From: Spirochaetia bacterium
Lineage (GTDB): Bacteria; Spirochaetota; Spirochaetia; UBA9216
Direction: 5' to 3'
NCBI GenBank assembly: GCA_965140585.1
Contig: OZ223269.1
Coordinates: 736,001-800,000 of the forward strand
DNA: 64,000 bases
Shown here: positions 11,298-20,671 of the stretch, piece by piece
How the letters are laid out: each line of letters starts with the position of its first letter
Position numbering within the stretch: the stretch's first letter is position 1
Notes under the pieces: generated by a model
Databases searched by the model: none
What the model saw: only the letters and a program-made list of their open reading frames with translations
Told to the model about the DNA's origin: nothing
Made by a program: the position numbers and the translations under genes

Positions 11298-12188
11298 TTA
11301 ATTTTTTCTATAAAGTCCGATTATTTCCTTTATTTCTGAATAATTATTGGCATCAAGCCAGGTGTTTATTTCATCAGCAATCCTTCCGTATACTGATGGT
11401 CCCTCATGTATGGCCGCTGTACAGACCTGAACTGCGGAGGCTCCCGCCATAAGAAACTTAACCGCATCTTCACCTGTGGTGATTCCTCCGACGCCTATAA
11501 TCGGTTTTTTAACCGCCATAGACAGTCTGTGAACAACAGCCAGGGCAATCGGCATCAGCGGAGGTCCGGACATCCAGCCCTGACCCCATTCAGATCCTAA
11601 AGCAGGTCTGCATTTTACAGGATCAAAATCCAGTGCAGGGCCGAGTGAATTAACCGCAACAAAGGCGTCAACAAAAGGTTCTGCTGCAAGTACAAGTTTT
11701 TCAATGTCAGGAAAGCCCGGAGAAATTTTCATCCATACCGGAGCCTTAATACTGTTACGCAGTGATTCTGCTACGTCAACCAGCGGTTCAACATTATGGC
11801 CTGTATAATGTGTTGAGAATTCAACTGCATCGGGTTTTATTTCTCTTTCAAGAAGACTTCCAAGGAAATTTACATCCTCTGCGCTGTATCCAATGGAAAC
11901 AATGAGCGGAATATTGTTTTCCTTAACTTTATGCAGTTCATCAATGAAATTGCTGTAGCTGTCTTCAAGCCAGGTTTCACAGTTCAGAAGTCCTCCGTCT
12001 CTGATTTTTTTCATCGTCGGTCTGGGATCTGATGCTGGTTTTACCGAAAAGGTTTTTGAAACTATTGCCCCCGCTCCAAGCTGCGCTGCCCTCGTCATTA
12101 GAACGGCCGTTTTGACATTAGGTCCTGCAGCCGGCATTACAGGATTTAAAAAGTCTATTCCATTAATACTTACTGATAAATCAGCCAT
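11298..12188 (-). CDS. dihydroorotate/dihydropyrimidine dehydrogenase-like FMN protein
   Basis: NPVMPAAGP, VSKT, WMKISP, GWMSGPPL, IIGVGGI, AGASAVQVCTA. Start MADLSV at 12188 behind GGAGGT. Confidence 0.85.
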   Translation of the reverse strand: MADLSVSINGIDFLNPVMPAAGPNVKTAVLMTRAAQLGAGAIVSKTFSVKPASDPRPTMKKIRDGGLLNCETWLEDSYSNFIDELHKVKENNIPLIVSIGYSAEDVNFLGSLLEREIKPDAVEFSTHYTGHNVEPLVDVAESLRNSIKAPVWMKISPGFPDIEKLVLAAEPFVDAFVAVNSLGPALDFDPVKCRPALGSEWGQGWMSGPPLMPIALAVVHRLSMAVKKPIIGVGGITTGEDAVKFLMAGASAVQVCTAAIHEGPSVYGRIADEINTWLDANNYSEIKEIIGLYRKN

Positions 12189-13488
12189 AGTACCTCCGGT
12201 GAAGATCCGCAGCGGCTTTCCTGATTTCTGTCCGGAGACTGCTTTCATAAGTAAAATTGATGTTTCCGCTGCTGTACAGTATATTTCCACGTGCAATGGT
12301 CATATATGTGTTTCCGCCCTTTGAACCAAAAATTAAATGTCCAATCAGATTATCCGCGTTTATTTCAGTCTGTGGAATATAATCCAGTACGGCAATATCT
12401 GCATCTTTCCCCTCTTCAAGTGTCCCTGAAGAAGGAAAATAATCCTGAACAAGTTTTGCTGTTTCTCCAAAAAAAGTGTCATGAAGCTTTTTCATGTCTT
12501 CGGTATATCCTCTGCCGAGCAGATACATTGAACGAAGCGATGCAATCATATCAAAACTCATACCGTCAGTTCCCAGTGTGAAAAAAGGAAGAACGGAACG
12601 ATCCATTTTTCCTACACGGTTGTTAGCATTTGATTCGGGGTTGGTAACGATATGGGGTTTAACCTCATGCAGTATTTCATAGTCTTTATGAGAAAGGTGA
12701 ACACAATGTGCCAGAATTGACTTTGAATTAATCAGTCTGTAACGGTTAAGCCGGTCTACAGGGCCGTAATATCCGCTTTCCAGGCAGAAATCAAGATCGG
12801 CCTTGTCTTCGCCGCAGTGAATGTGTATAGGAATTTCGCCCAGGTATTTTGAGATCACTTCTGCTGTCTCGGCAAGTGCAGAATTGCTGAGAGTAAAGTT
12901 TGCATGAAAACCAAGCATTCCCTTGATGTGAGAGTCATGTGTGTGACGCTGAAGAAAATCAAGATTCTCCTCTACATGTGAAGGAACCTTATCCATACCG
13001 TAACGTCCGCTTGTTTCATAGCACAGTACTGCCTTTATACCGGCTAGTTTTACAGCTTTTTTAATTACATCAAGGCTGCCTTTTACAAAACTCATCGAAG
13101 CATGATGATCGAAAATACAGGTGACTCCATGTTTGACAGCATCAAGTATTCCGGCCACGGCACTGTAGTAGACAGACTGCTCATCATGAACCTTATCCAG
13201 AGGCCACCAGTAATTTGAAAGTATTTCCGAGAAATTCCTCGGTGTACTTAGTGGCGACAGGCCTGTAGCAAGCGATGAATAAAGGTGAGTATGCGGATTT
13301 GTCAGACCGGGGAGAAGCAGGCGTCCCTGCAGGTCGAAAATGTCGGTTTCATTAACATCAGGTTTGATAGAATCGGAGTCTGCAGAAATTTTACTGATGC
13401 TTCCGTCTTCAATCAGCAATGATCCGTTCTTTATGAATAACGTTCTATCTGCGATGACGCAGTTTTTAAGTAGTATCTTCTTTTTCAT
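12181..13488 (-). CDS. ssnA: SsnA-like aminohydrolase
   Basis: PGLTNPHTHLYSSLA, GVTCIFDHHAS, HANFTLS, NPESNANNRVG, GTDG. Confidence 0.85.
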   Translation of the reverse strand: MKKKILLKNCVIADRTLFIKNGSLLIEDGSISKISADSDSIKPDVNETDIFDLQGRLLLPGLTNPHTHLYSSLATGLSPLSTPRNFSEILSNYWWPLDKVHDEQSVYYSAVAGILDAVKHGVTCIFDHHASMSFVKGSLDVIKKAVKLAGIKAVLCYETSGRYGMDKVPSHVEENLDFLQRHTHDSHIKGMLGFHANFTLSNSALAETAEVISKYLGEIPIHIHCGEDKADLDFCLESGYYGPVDRLNRYRLINSKSILAHCVHLSHKDYEILHEVKPHIVTNPESNANNRVGKMDRSVLPFFTLGTDGMSFDMIASLRSMYLLGRGYTEDMKKLHDTFFGETAKLVQDYFPSSGTLEEGKDADIAVLDYIPQTEINADNLIGHLIFGSKGGNTYMTIARGNILYSSGNINFTYESSLRTEIRKAAADLHRRYYG

Positions 13489-13489
13489 C

Positions 13490-15808
13490 TTAAACCCTGT
13501 TAAGTTTTTTCCATACCTTTTCCGCAGTAAACGGGGTCTGGGTAAGTCTTATTCCAACAGCGTCAAATACAGCATTTGCAATTGCCGGTGCCGGACCGTT
13601 AAGAGCAATCTCCCCGACGCTTTTTGCACCGAGGGGCCCGGTTTCTTCAAAACTGTCCGCAATAATTGTAACCATCTCCGGGGCATCTGCTGCATTGAAG
13701 ATTTTATAGGCTCCGAAGTTCGGATTAGTCATACGGCCTTTTTTATTGAACAGATATTCTTCTGTAAGAGCATATGAAATACCGTTCATTACGGCTCCTT
13801 CTATCTGACCTTCTGCAAGCATCGGGTTCAGTGCTGTTCCGCAGTCCATGCCTGTTACAAATTTAACAACTTTAATTTCACCGGTTTCCGTGTCAACAGT
13901 TACTTCAGCAAACTGTGCGGTGAAAGGGGGCGGTGATTCACTGCCGACATATGATTCGGTTGCCTGAATCTGGAACTGACCTGATGTGTAAAGTCTGTAG
14001 GCGCAGATTTCGCCGTAGGTTATACTTTTCTTTCCGTTATCTGCTGTTACTATTCCTGATTCCGCCTTGAGTTTATCGACCGGTATTCCAAGCATTTCAG
14101 AGGCTGCCTGCATAATCTGACTTAAAACAGATTGAGCGCATTTTTTAACAGCATTCCCGGTTACATATGTAGTCGATGACGCATAGGCTCCGGTATCAAA
14201 GGGAGTCGTGTCGGTATCTGATGAGAGGACGATAAACTCTGCTGTTTCAGTGTGCAGTACTTCAGCGGCAATCTGAGCAAGGATGGTATCAGAACCCTGA
14301 CCGATATCAGTTGCGCCGGTCTGCAGGTTGAAGGAACCGTCCTCATTCATCTTGATATAGCAGCTTGCCATATCAATCTCGGGAATTCCGGACCCCTGCA
14401 TGCTTACCGAGGCACCGACGCCGCTTACAAGGCTTCCGTTTTTTATTTTCTTTCCGCGTTTGTTTTTCCAGTCTATTTCAGATGCGCCCTTTTTAATGCA
14501 CTCCTCAAGTGCGCAGGAGCGAATGTACTGACTGACACCTTCTTTTCCCTCGCCGAGGGCTTCAAAAACCTTTGATGTTTCACCTGATTTAATATGCCAT
14601 TTCATTACATAGTCGAGAAAATCTATGCCGCAGCGTCTTGATATCTCATCTATATGCTGATTCAGGGCAAAATAGCCCTGGGTGGCTCCGTAGCCGCGGT
14701 ATGCGCCGCCGACGGGAAGGTTAGTATATACAGACCTTCCCGTGAACGCCATATTTTCAATTTTATTGTAGAGCGGCAGTACCTTTGCGCCTGCGTTTGA
14801 AAGAACAGTAAGAGCATGCGGTCCGTAGGCTCCCGCGTTCATCAGATCGTCGATTTCCAGAGCGGTTATTTTACCGGATTTCTTAAAACCGATTTTCACA
14901 CGGCTCCGCATTGGATGTCTTGTTCTGCTGCTTATGAAAACTTCTTTTCTTGAAAGAATAATACGAACGGATCTTTTAAGATCCCAGGATATCCAGGCAG
15001 CTACAGGTTCAAGAAAAACTTCCTGCTTTCCGCCGAAACCTCCACCGACACGCGGTTTAATAACCCGTATCTGTTTCAGTTCGCGGCCGCAGACTCTTCC
15101 GGTAATGCGTCTTACATGATAGGGAACCTGTGTGGCTGAAACTATTACCAGCCTGCCGCGGCTGTCAAAATATGTGATTACAGAGTGGGGTTCCATGGCG
15201 CAGTGGGATGCATACTGCATACTGTAGCTGTCTTCGAGTATTTCATCAGCAGAGTCGAATCCCTTTTCCATATCACCGAAACCGATAATAACTTCAGCAG
15301 CAAGGTTGCTTTCAGGCTTATAAGTTACCGGAATGGCAGGGTATTCGTCATCAAAATGAAGCCTGGGTGCATCGGCTTCCATCGCTGATTCAATATCAAA
15401 AAGCGGGGCTTTTTCCTGTAATTCAACATTAATCAGGTTAACAGCTTTTTCGGCAGTTTCAGGATCATCGGCTGCGACAGCAGCTATACGATCGCCGCAG
15501 AATCGGACATAACGATCAAACATCCTGCAGTCATACGGGGATGGTTCAGGAAAACCCTGACCTGCTGTCGTGTACAGTGTGGAAGGGGTATTTCCATAAT
15601 GATATATCCCCTGTACACCATCAGCTTTTTCAGCTTCAGAAGTGTCTATTGATATGATTTCACCGAAGGCTATTTTGGAATAAAGAAAGGCAACATAAAC
15701 AGGATTATCAGTCTTATAGTCATCCGTGTAGTGTTCTGTCCCGCAAGCAAGTGAAAGTGCATCATATTTAGGGTGAGATACAGAGGCTTCTTTAAAACTA
15801 TGCTTCAT
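13490..15808 (-). CDS. XdhD/YgfN-like molybdopterin-binding oxidoreductase subunit (set 1)
   Basis: YTTAGQGFPEPSPYD, GGGFGGKQ, AYRGYGATQG, GAYASSTT, GAKSVGEI. Confidence 0.9.
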   Translation of the reverse strand: MKHSFKEASVSHPKYDALSLACGTEHYTDDYKTDNPVYVAFLYSKIAFGEIISIDTSEAEKADGVQGIYHYGNTPSTLYTTAGQGFPEPSPYDCRMFDRYVRFCGDRIAAVAADDPETAEKAVNLINVELQEKAPLFDIESAMEADAPRLHFDDEYPAIPVTYKPESNLAAEVIIGFGDMEKGFDSADEILEDSYSMQYASHCAMEPHSVITYFDSRGRLVIVSATQVPYHVRRITGRVCGRELKQIRVIKPRVGGGFGGKQEVFLEPVAAWISWDLKRSVRIILSRKEVFISSRTRHPMRSRVKIGFKKSGKITALEIDDLMNAGAYGPHALTVLSNAGAKVLPLYNKIENMAFTGRSVYTNLPVGGAYRGYGATQGYFALNQHIDEISRRCGIDFLDYVMKWHIKSGETSKVFEALGEGKEGVSQYIRSCALEECIKKGASEIDWKNKRGKKIKNGSLVSGVGASVSMQGSGIPEIDMASCYIKMNEDGSFNLQTGATDIGQGSDTILAQIAAEVLHTETAEFIVLSSDTDTTPFDTGAYASSTTYVTGNAVKKCAQSVLSQIMQAASEMLGIPVDKLKAESGIVTADNGKKSITYGEICAYRLYTSGQFQIQATESYVGSESPPPFTAQFAEVTVDTETGEIKVVKFVTGMDCGTALNPMLAEGQIEGAVMNGISYALTEEYLFNKKGRMTNPNFGAYKIFNAADAPEMVTIIADSFEETGPLGAKSVGEIALNGPAPAIANAVFDAVGIRLTQTPFTAEKVWKKLNRV

Positions 15809-16286
15809 TATCAGCCTCCTTCATTCTTGCTGCAGACAACTGAACCGCCTCAATTATTTTTTTATAGCCAGTGCATCTGCATAAGTTGCCGTCGAGAGCT
15901 TTTTTAATTTCACTTATTCCGGGCTCTGGATTATGCATCAAAAGCGCGTATGTACTCATTATTTGTCCGGGTGTACAGAAACCGCACTGAATTGCTCCTG
16001 CCTCTGCAAAGGCTGTCTGTATGGGATGCGGATGGTGAACGCTTCCGATCCCCTTAACCGTGATTATTTCACGTTCCGAAGCAGTGGCGGCAAATACAGC
16101 ACAGGAATTAACCGTTCTGCCATCCATGATTACGACACAGGCTCCGCAGTCGCCGCTTTCACAGCCGTTATGGACTTCGGTATGTCCGTTATCACGCAGA
16201 ACCTTAAGCAGCGTTTCGCCGGGCTTGAAACTGTACGATTCTTTTTTGCCGTTGATTATAAAATCCATTTCGATAAAATCAGACAT
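15798..16286 (-). CDS. 2x[2Fe-2S] subunit of Mo-hydroxylase set 1
   Basis: GCESGDCGAC, QCGFCTPG, GNLCRCTGY. Start MSDFIE at 16286 behind GGAGGT. Confidence 0.92.
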   Translation of the reverse strand: MSDFIEMDFIINGKKESYSFKPGETLLKVLRDNGHTEVHNGCESGDCGACVVIMDGRTVNSCAVFAATASEREIITVKGIGSVHHPHPIQTAFAEAGAIQCGFCTPGQIMSTYALLMHNPEPGISEIKKALDGNLCRCTGYKKIIEAVQLSAARMKEADNEA

Positions 16287-17046
16287 TGCTGCTACCTCCG
16301 GCATTTGCGAGAGTCCTTTTAAGTTCAACCATAAGACGGTGTTTAAGATATTCTGCTCCGGTGCCTCTTTCATCGCTGAATCCGGCCTGTGAGTCAATCT
16401 GTTCAATAATTTCTTCAGGTTTACCGCTGCAGAATAAATTGCCGCCGGAAATGCCGGTTACTGCCGCGTTCAATTTTCCATCTGATGCTGCTCCAGCAGA
16501 GACTGTAAAGAAGGGGTAATCGAAATCGGTCCGGATATATCTGAAATAGCTGCCCTTTAAGTTTTTACGGCTTACAAGTATTTCGCTTATAATTCCTGAT
16601 TTTCTAAGTTCACTGCTTCTGTAATAGTCTTTTGCTGAAACAGGAAATTCAGAACCGCTGATTCGGAATCCGGCATCTGAAACAAGAAGCGGGCCGGTGA
16701 TATCGGACCACTTCGGAGAGGCATAGATACTTCCGCCAGCTGTTATCCGGTTGCGAAGCGGAGTAGCCGCAGCATTGCCGACAGAAGCTGTGAAAATATT
16801 TTCCGCCTCTATTTCTGACATAAACTTTGAAATATCAGTATAGGTGCTGTTGGCACCGATTCTGATAATGTCATCAGTAATTTCAATTGTATTCATCTGT
16901 GTGATATGTTTTAAATCAATCAGACCGGGAGTGTTGAGTGGAGATTTGAAAAGAAAGGTGCCCCCGCCATGAAGTTTGTAACCAGCGGAAAATAGTTCAA
17001 CTGCAGCTGAAAGATTATCCGGAAAATACCATTTGAGATCTTTCAT
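16279..17046 (-). CDS. FAD-binding subunit (YgfM-like), first gene of the purine operon
   Basis: HGGGTFL, LRNRITAGGS; short CoxM/YgfM-like protein. Confidence 0.8.
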   Translation of the reverse strand: MKDLKWYFPDNLSAAVELFSAGYKLHGGGTFLFKSPLNTPGLIDLKHITQMNTIEITDDIIRIGANSTYTDISKFMSEIEAENIFTASVGNAAATPLRNRITAGGSIYASPKWSDITGPLLVSDAGFRISGSEFPVSAKDYYRSSELRKSGIISEILVSRKNLKGSYFRYIRTDFDYPFFTVSAGAASDGKLNAAVTGISGGNLFCSGKPEEIIEQIDSQAGFSDERGTGAEYLKHRLMVELKRTLANAGGSSNV

Positions 17047-17053
17047 AATATTT

Positions 17054-17083
17054 ATTGTAAAGGCAAAAAAGAAATAAAAGCAA
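17054..17083 (-). promoter_or_regulatory. putative sigma70 promoter of the purine operon (leaderless geometry)
   Basis: Minus strand reads TTGCTT, 18 bp, TACAAT, 7 nt, ATG (17046); no SD. Confidence 0.55.
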
Positions 17084-17145
17084 GTAAAAACCTTTATCAG
17101 TGCAAATTGTCAAATTAAAAATAATAACATCAAAAAATAACATCG

Positions 17146-17174
17146 TTGACAAAGCGTTAAAGCGCCGGTAGGAT
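17146..17174 (+). promoter_or_regulatory. putative sigma70 promoter of the 642-aa gene (leaderless geometry)
   Basis: TTGACA, 17 bp, TAGGAT, 8 nt, ATG (17183); no SD. Confidence 0.6.
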
Positions 17175-17182
17175 TACTGTTA

Positions 17183-19111
17183 ATGGCCGCAACCAATATT
17201 CTGACAAGAATCATAAATGCTTATTCCAAAAGAAAAAATATCTGGGAATTTGACTACGACAGCCTGCTGGAATTTATTCATCAGCTTATTTTAAACGACG
17301 AAAATGACCGGTATTCAGTTTTTGAGACTAATACCGATGATATTCTGACTGCAATGCTTATTGACCTTGAAAAATCAGGTGACTGTAAGCTCGTTTATGA
17401 GGGCAGCCGGATATCATTGATTCAGAACACCAGTTTTCAGGCCACGGCAATTGAAGCGGAATTTGCCAAAGTTGAAGCAAATTCGGACTATCCCTTTCCT
17501 ACCGAAAACAGTATTAACATCAGAATACCTGAAGACAGTCTCTTTAACCTGAACATGCCTGATGAAATGACAATAGTCCTCAATTCTTCAAAGGATAATC
17601 AGCTGTACCGGCTTAAGTTCAGCAACGGTATTAATAACATAATTGCTCCGGGCGCACAGATTAAAAACCGGCTTCTTTCACTTGCGGTTAACAAGATGCG
17701 AAATTATCTGGTTCATAAGAATAATTCCAATTATATCTACCACAAGATGATTCCCCTGTTTAAGCAGAATACAAGGGCTCTGGGAGAACTTATCAAGATG
17801 ATCCAGGGAAACCCCGGCAGAGCGGTAACCAATATCCGTAAGCCTGATGAGTTTATTTTCACATTCTGGACCCAGCTTTCTGCCTTTATCAGGAAAGAAC
17901 TTGCAGACAAAGAAAATAAAACGAGTCAGGATGAGGGTATTCTTCATTCTTCCATCCTTGTTCACGGTTATCTCCTTTATTACAAGGGCATAGTTCAGCG
18001 GCAGAAACTGAAGGAAAGTGCCCTTAAAAGTGTAGGGGATCAGCTCAAGAAGGAACCCTTTTATTACTCAATCAGCGATATTTATGATTTTAAAGATAAA
18101 TCAGGTCCCTACCTTAACAGCAAATTCTCAAAAAAAGACCTTCATGATTTTATTGAAGGTAAGCTTAAGATTAAGGAAGATGAAATACTTCCTGAGCTTG
18201 TTAAGATTAAAACTGTAGACAAGAAGATATATTACATTCATAAGTCTTCAATTCTGACTCTTGCACACCGGAAGGTTGCGAATGCTCATGATTTTTACCG
18301 TAAGAAAATCCTTGATAACTGGATTGATGTGATGAATGAATACAGAATGCTTCCTGCCATGACGAGTGATGACGTATATCATGCAGAACTTGTGAAGGAC
18401 ATAAAAAAGGAAGACCCCCTTCTTTTTGCTCTTTTAAGTTACGAACTTCTATATCTTGCAATGCAGGAATCCAAGAATATCAAACTGAAGGCGGTAGTCC
18501 AGGGCTGGATGGAGGAAAAGGCCGTTCATATGAAGCCGATTTCTGTTATTCTGGATCTCCGTAGAAAAGATCTGTATTCAGTAGCCAGAAGTTCCATGCC
18601 GTTCTGGATGAGTTTTTCTTTTCTCAGAAAGCTTGTATTCATGTTTCGAGGTAACCGCAAGCGTAAGGTTAAAAAGTCGGCTTCTGAAATTAATGAATCT
18701 AAAATTACTATTTCAGATTCAAAACATGTACCAAGGTCTACAGCCTCAGGTTCTGTCAAAAAGGTTCCCTCTCAGGATTATAAAAAGGGTGTTGAACTGC
18801 TGAAGCTGAGATATAACTATACAAGCTTTACAATTGAAAATACCCTTACCGAACTTCAGGAGGAATGGAATCCTCTTCTCGATTATGAGGCACGAAATAA
18901 CCTGGTTAAGGATGTTAAAAATATGGTCCGCGACTATATGAGAAAAATTCTCAGGGAAACAGCCTTTGCAGTCCCTGATCCGGAGCGTGTTGAGAATATT
19001 GCTGAGCTGCTTTCAAGAAACAGTGCCTTCAATGTTATAAAAAAGAAGGAAAAATTCAGGCAGTATCTGTCATTGTATATAATAAAAGTTCTCAACGATA
19101 CAAAACCCTGA
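17183..19111 (+). CDS. hypothetical protein (642 aa, helical, resembles spirochaete-conserved hypotheticals)
   Basis: Long ORF with normal codon usage and its own promoter; no catalytic motif recognised. Confidence 0.85.
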   Translation: MAATNILTRIINAYSKRKNIWEFDYDSLLEFIHQLILNDENDRYSVFETNTDDILTAMLIDLEKSGDCKLVYEGSRISLIQNTSFQATAIEAEFAKVEANSDYPFPTENSINIRIPEDSLFNLNMPDEMTIVLNSSKDNQLYRLKFSNGINNIIAPGAQIKNRLLSLAVNKMRNYLVHKNNSNYIYHKMIPLFKQNTRALGELIKMIQGNPGRAVTNIRKPDEFIFTFWTQLSAFIRKELADKENKTSQDEGILHSSILVHGYLLYYKGIVQRQKLKESALKSVGDQLKKEPFYYSISDIYDFKDKSGPYLNSKFSKKDLHDFIEGKLKIKEDEILPELVKIKTVDKKIYYIHKSSILTLAHRKVANAHDFYRKKILDNWIDVMNEYRMLPAMTSDDVYHAELVKDIKKEDPLLFALLSYELLYLAMQESKNIKLKAVVQGWMEEKAVHMKPISVILDLRRKDLYSVARSSMPFWMSFSFLRKLVFMFRGNRKRKVKKSASEINESKITISDSKHVPRSTASGSVKKVPSQDYKKGVELLKLRYNYTSFTIENTLTELQEEWNPLLDYEARNNLVKDVKNMVRDYMRKILRETAFAVPDPERVENIAELLSRNSAFNVIKKKEKFRQYLSLYIIKVLNDTKP

Positions 19112-19129
19112 ATATAAAACAATTTCAGG

Positions 19130-19184
19130 TTGCCTGATTAATATATAGGTATTAGAATGTAATTGTTCACGCTAACATCGTGAA
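19130..19184 (+). promoter_or_regulatory. hydA sigma70 promoter with downstream palindromic operator
   Basis: TTGCCT, 17 bp, TAGAAT (19130-19158), then TTCACG-N7-CGTGAA (19166-19184). Confidence 0.55.
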
Positions 19185-19207
19185 TGTAATTTTTCGGAGG
19201 TAATACA

Positions 19208-20611
19208 ATGAAGACCCTTATTAAAAACGGTACAATTGTAACCGCCAGTGACACCTATAAGGCTGATGTCCTGATTGACGGCGAGAAGATTGCCATGATC
19301 GGTACAAACCTTCCTTCAGAAGGCGCTGAAGTTATTGATGCTTCAGGAAAATACCTTATACCCGGTGGCATTGATGCGCATACCCACCTGGATATGCCAT
19401 TCGGCGGTACAATAACAGCTGACGATTTCTACACAGGACAGTCAGCAGCTGCATTCGGCGGCACTACTACCCACATTGACTTCGCTTTACAGCAGAAAGG
19501 TCAGACCCTGAAACAGGGTGTTGAAATGTGGCAGGAAAAGGCTAAAGGCAATACCATAATCGATTATGGTTTCCATATTGCAATAACCGATCCTACAGAA
19601 GAATCTATCAATGAAATTTCCACCCTCAATGATATCGGTGTTTGTTCTCTGAAGGTTTTTCAGGCTTACAAAGGCGCTTTTATGGTAGATGATACTGCGC
19701 TTTATAAGGCAATGGAGAAAACTGCAGAGGCTGATATAATGCTAATGACACACTCCGAGAACGGAGATGCCATTGCGCTGCTTACTGAAAAGCTTGTTGC
19801 TGAAGGTAAACTGGAGCCAAAGTATCATCTTGTTGCTCACCCGCGTGAAATTGAAGGCGAAGCTACTGCAAGAGCGATTGCCATGGCTGCAATAACAGGC
19901 GCAAAACTCTACGTTGTACACATGTCCTGCAGTGATTCTATCGAACAGATGGCTATCGGACGTTCAAAGGGTTACAAGGTAATGGGTGAAACATGTACTC
20001 AGTATATGTTCAAGTTTGAAGACGATATGCGTGTTCCCGGTTTTGAAGGTGCCAAATGGGCATGCGGTCCGCCCGTAAGAACTCCGGAAGATGCAAAATA
20101 CATCTGGGAAGCCCTCAGAAACACAACACTTCAGTGTGTTTCTACTGATCACTGCTCTTTCAACTATGAAGGCGGAGTTGACGGTAAGAAAGCAGGAAAG
20201 GAACTGGGTAAGCCGGGCTGGCATATGATTCCTAACGGAATTCCCGGCATTGAAGACAGAATGATGGTTATGTACCATAACGGTGTTAATTCCGGTAAAA
20301 TCGATCTTAACCGTTTTGTTGCAATTACATCAACAAATACAGCAAAGGCTATGGGCCTCTATCCAAGAAAGGGTACAATTTCAGTCGGTTCAGATGCTGA
20401 TATTGTATTATGGGATCCTGAGAAGACCCATACAATCTCTGCCAAAACACATCATATGAATGTTGACTACAACGCATACGAAGGCATGGAAATCAAAGGA
20501 ATGCCTGTGAGAACAATCATCCGCGGAACTACCGTTACCGACGGAGATAAACTCTGTGTTGAGAAGGGCTTTGGACAGTACCTCATGAGAAAAGGTCCGC
20601 AGATAGTTTAA
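19208..20611 (+). CDS. hydA: dihydropyrimidinase / D-hydantoinase (HyuA-like)
   Basis: PGGIDAHTHLDMPFGG, AAFGGTTT, YVVHMS, STDHCSF, IPNGIPGIEDR; GGAGG SD. Confidence 0.93.
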   Translation: MKTLIKNGTIVTASDTYKADVLIDGEKIAMIGTNLPSEGAEVIDASGKYLIPGGIDAHTHLDMPFGGTITADDFYTGQSAAAFGGTTTHIDFALQQKGQTLKQGVEMWQEKAKGNTIIDYGFHIAITDPTEESINEISTLNDIGVCSLKVFQAYKGAFMVDDTALYKAMEKTAEADIMLMTHSENGDAIALLTEKLVAEGKLEPKYHLVAHPREIEGEATARAIAMAAITGAKLYVVHMSCSDSIEQMAIGRSKGYKVMGETCTQYMFKFEDDMRVPGFEGAKWACGPPVRTPEDAKYIWEALRNTTLQCVSTDHCSFNYEGGVDGKKAGKELGKPGWHMIPNGIPGIEDRMMVMYHNGVNSGKIDLNRFVAITSTNTAKAMGLYPRKGTISVGSDADIVLWDPEKTHTISAKTHHMNVDYNAYEGMEIKGMPVRTIIRGTTVTDGDKLCVEKGFGQYLMRKGPQIV

Positions 20612-20625
20612 CAGATTTATAGAAT

Positions 20626-20657
20626 AAAAAAGCAGCCTGTATCGGCTGCTTTTTTTT
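20626..20657. terminator. bidirectional terminator between hydA and lipA
   Basis: AAAAAAGCAGCC-tgtatc-GGCTGCTTTTTTTT. Confidence 0.85.
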
Positions 20658-20671
20658 GACTTATGTAAAAA

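Noticed and set aside
2786-17046. Selenocysteine in the selenium-associated yge/xdh genes
   Set aside because: All ORFs are full length without in-frame TGA; any Se use would be a labile cofactor, not visible here.
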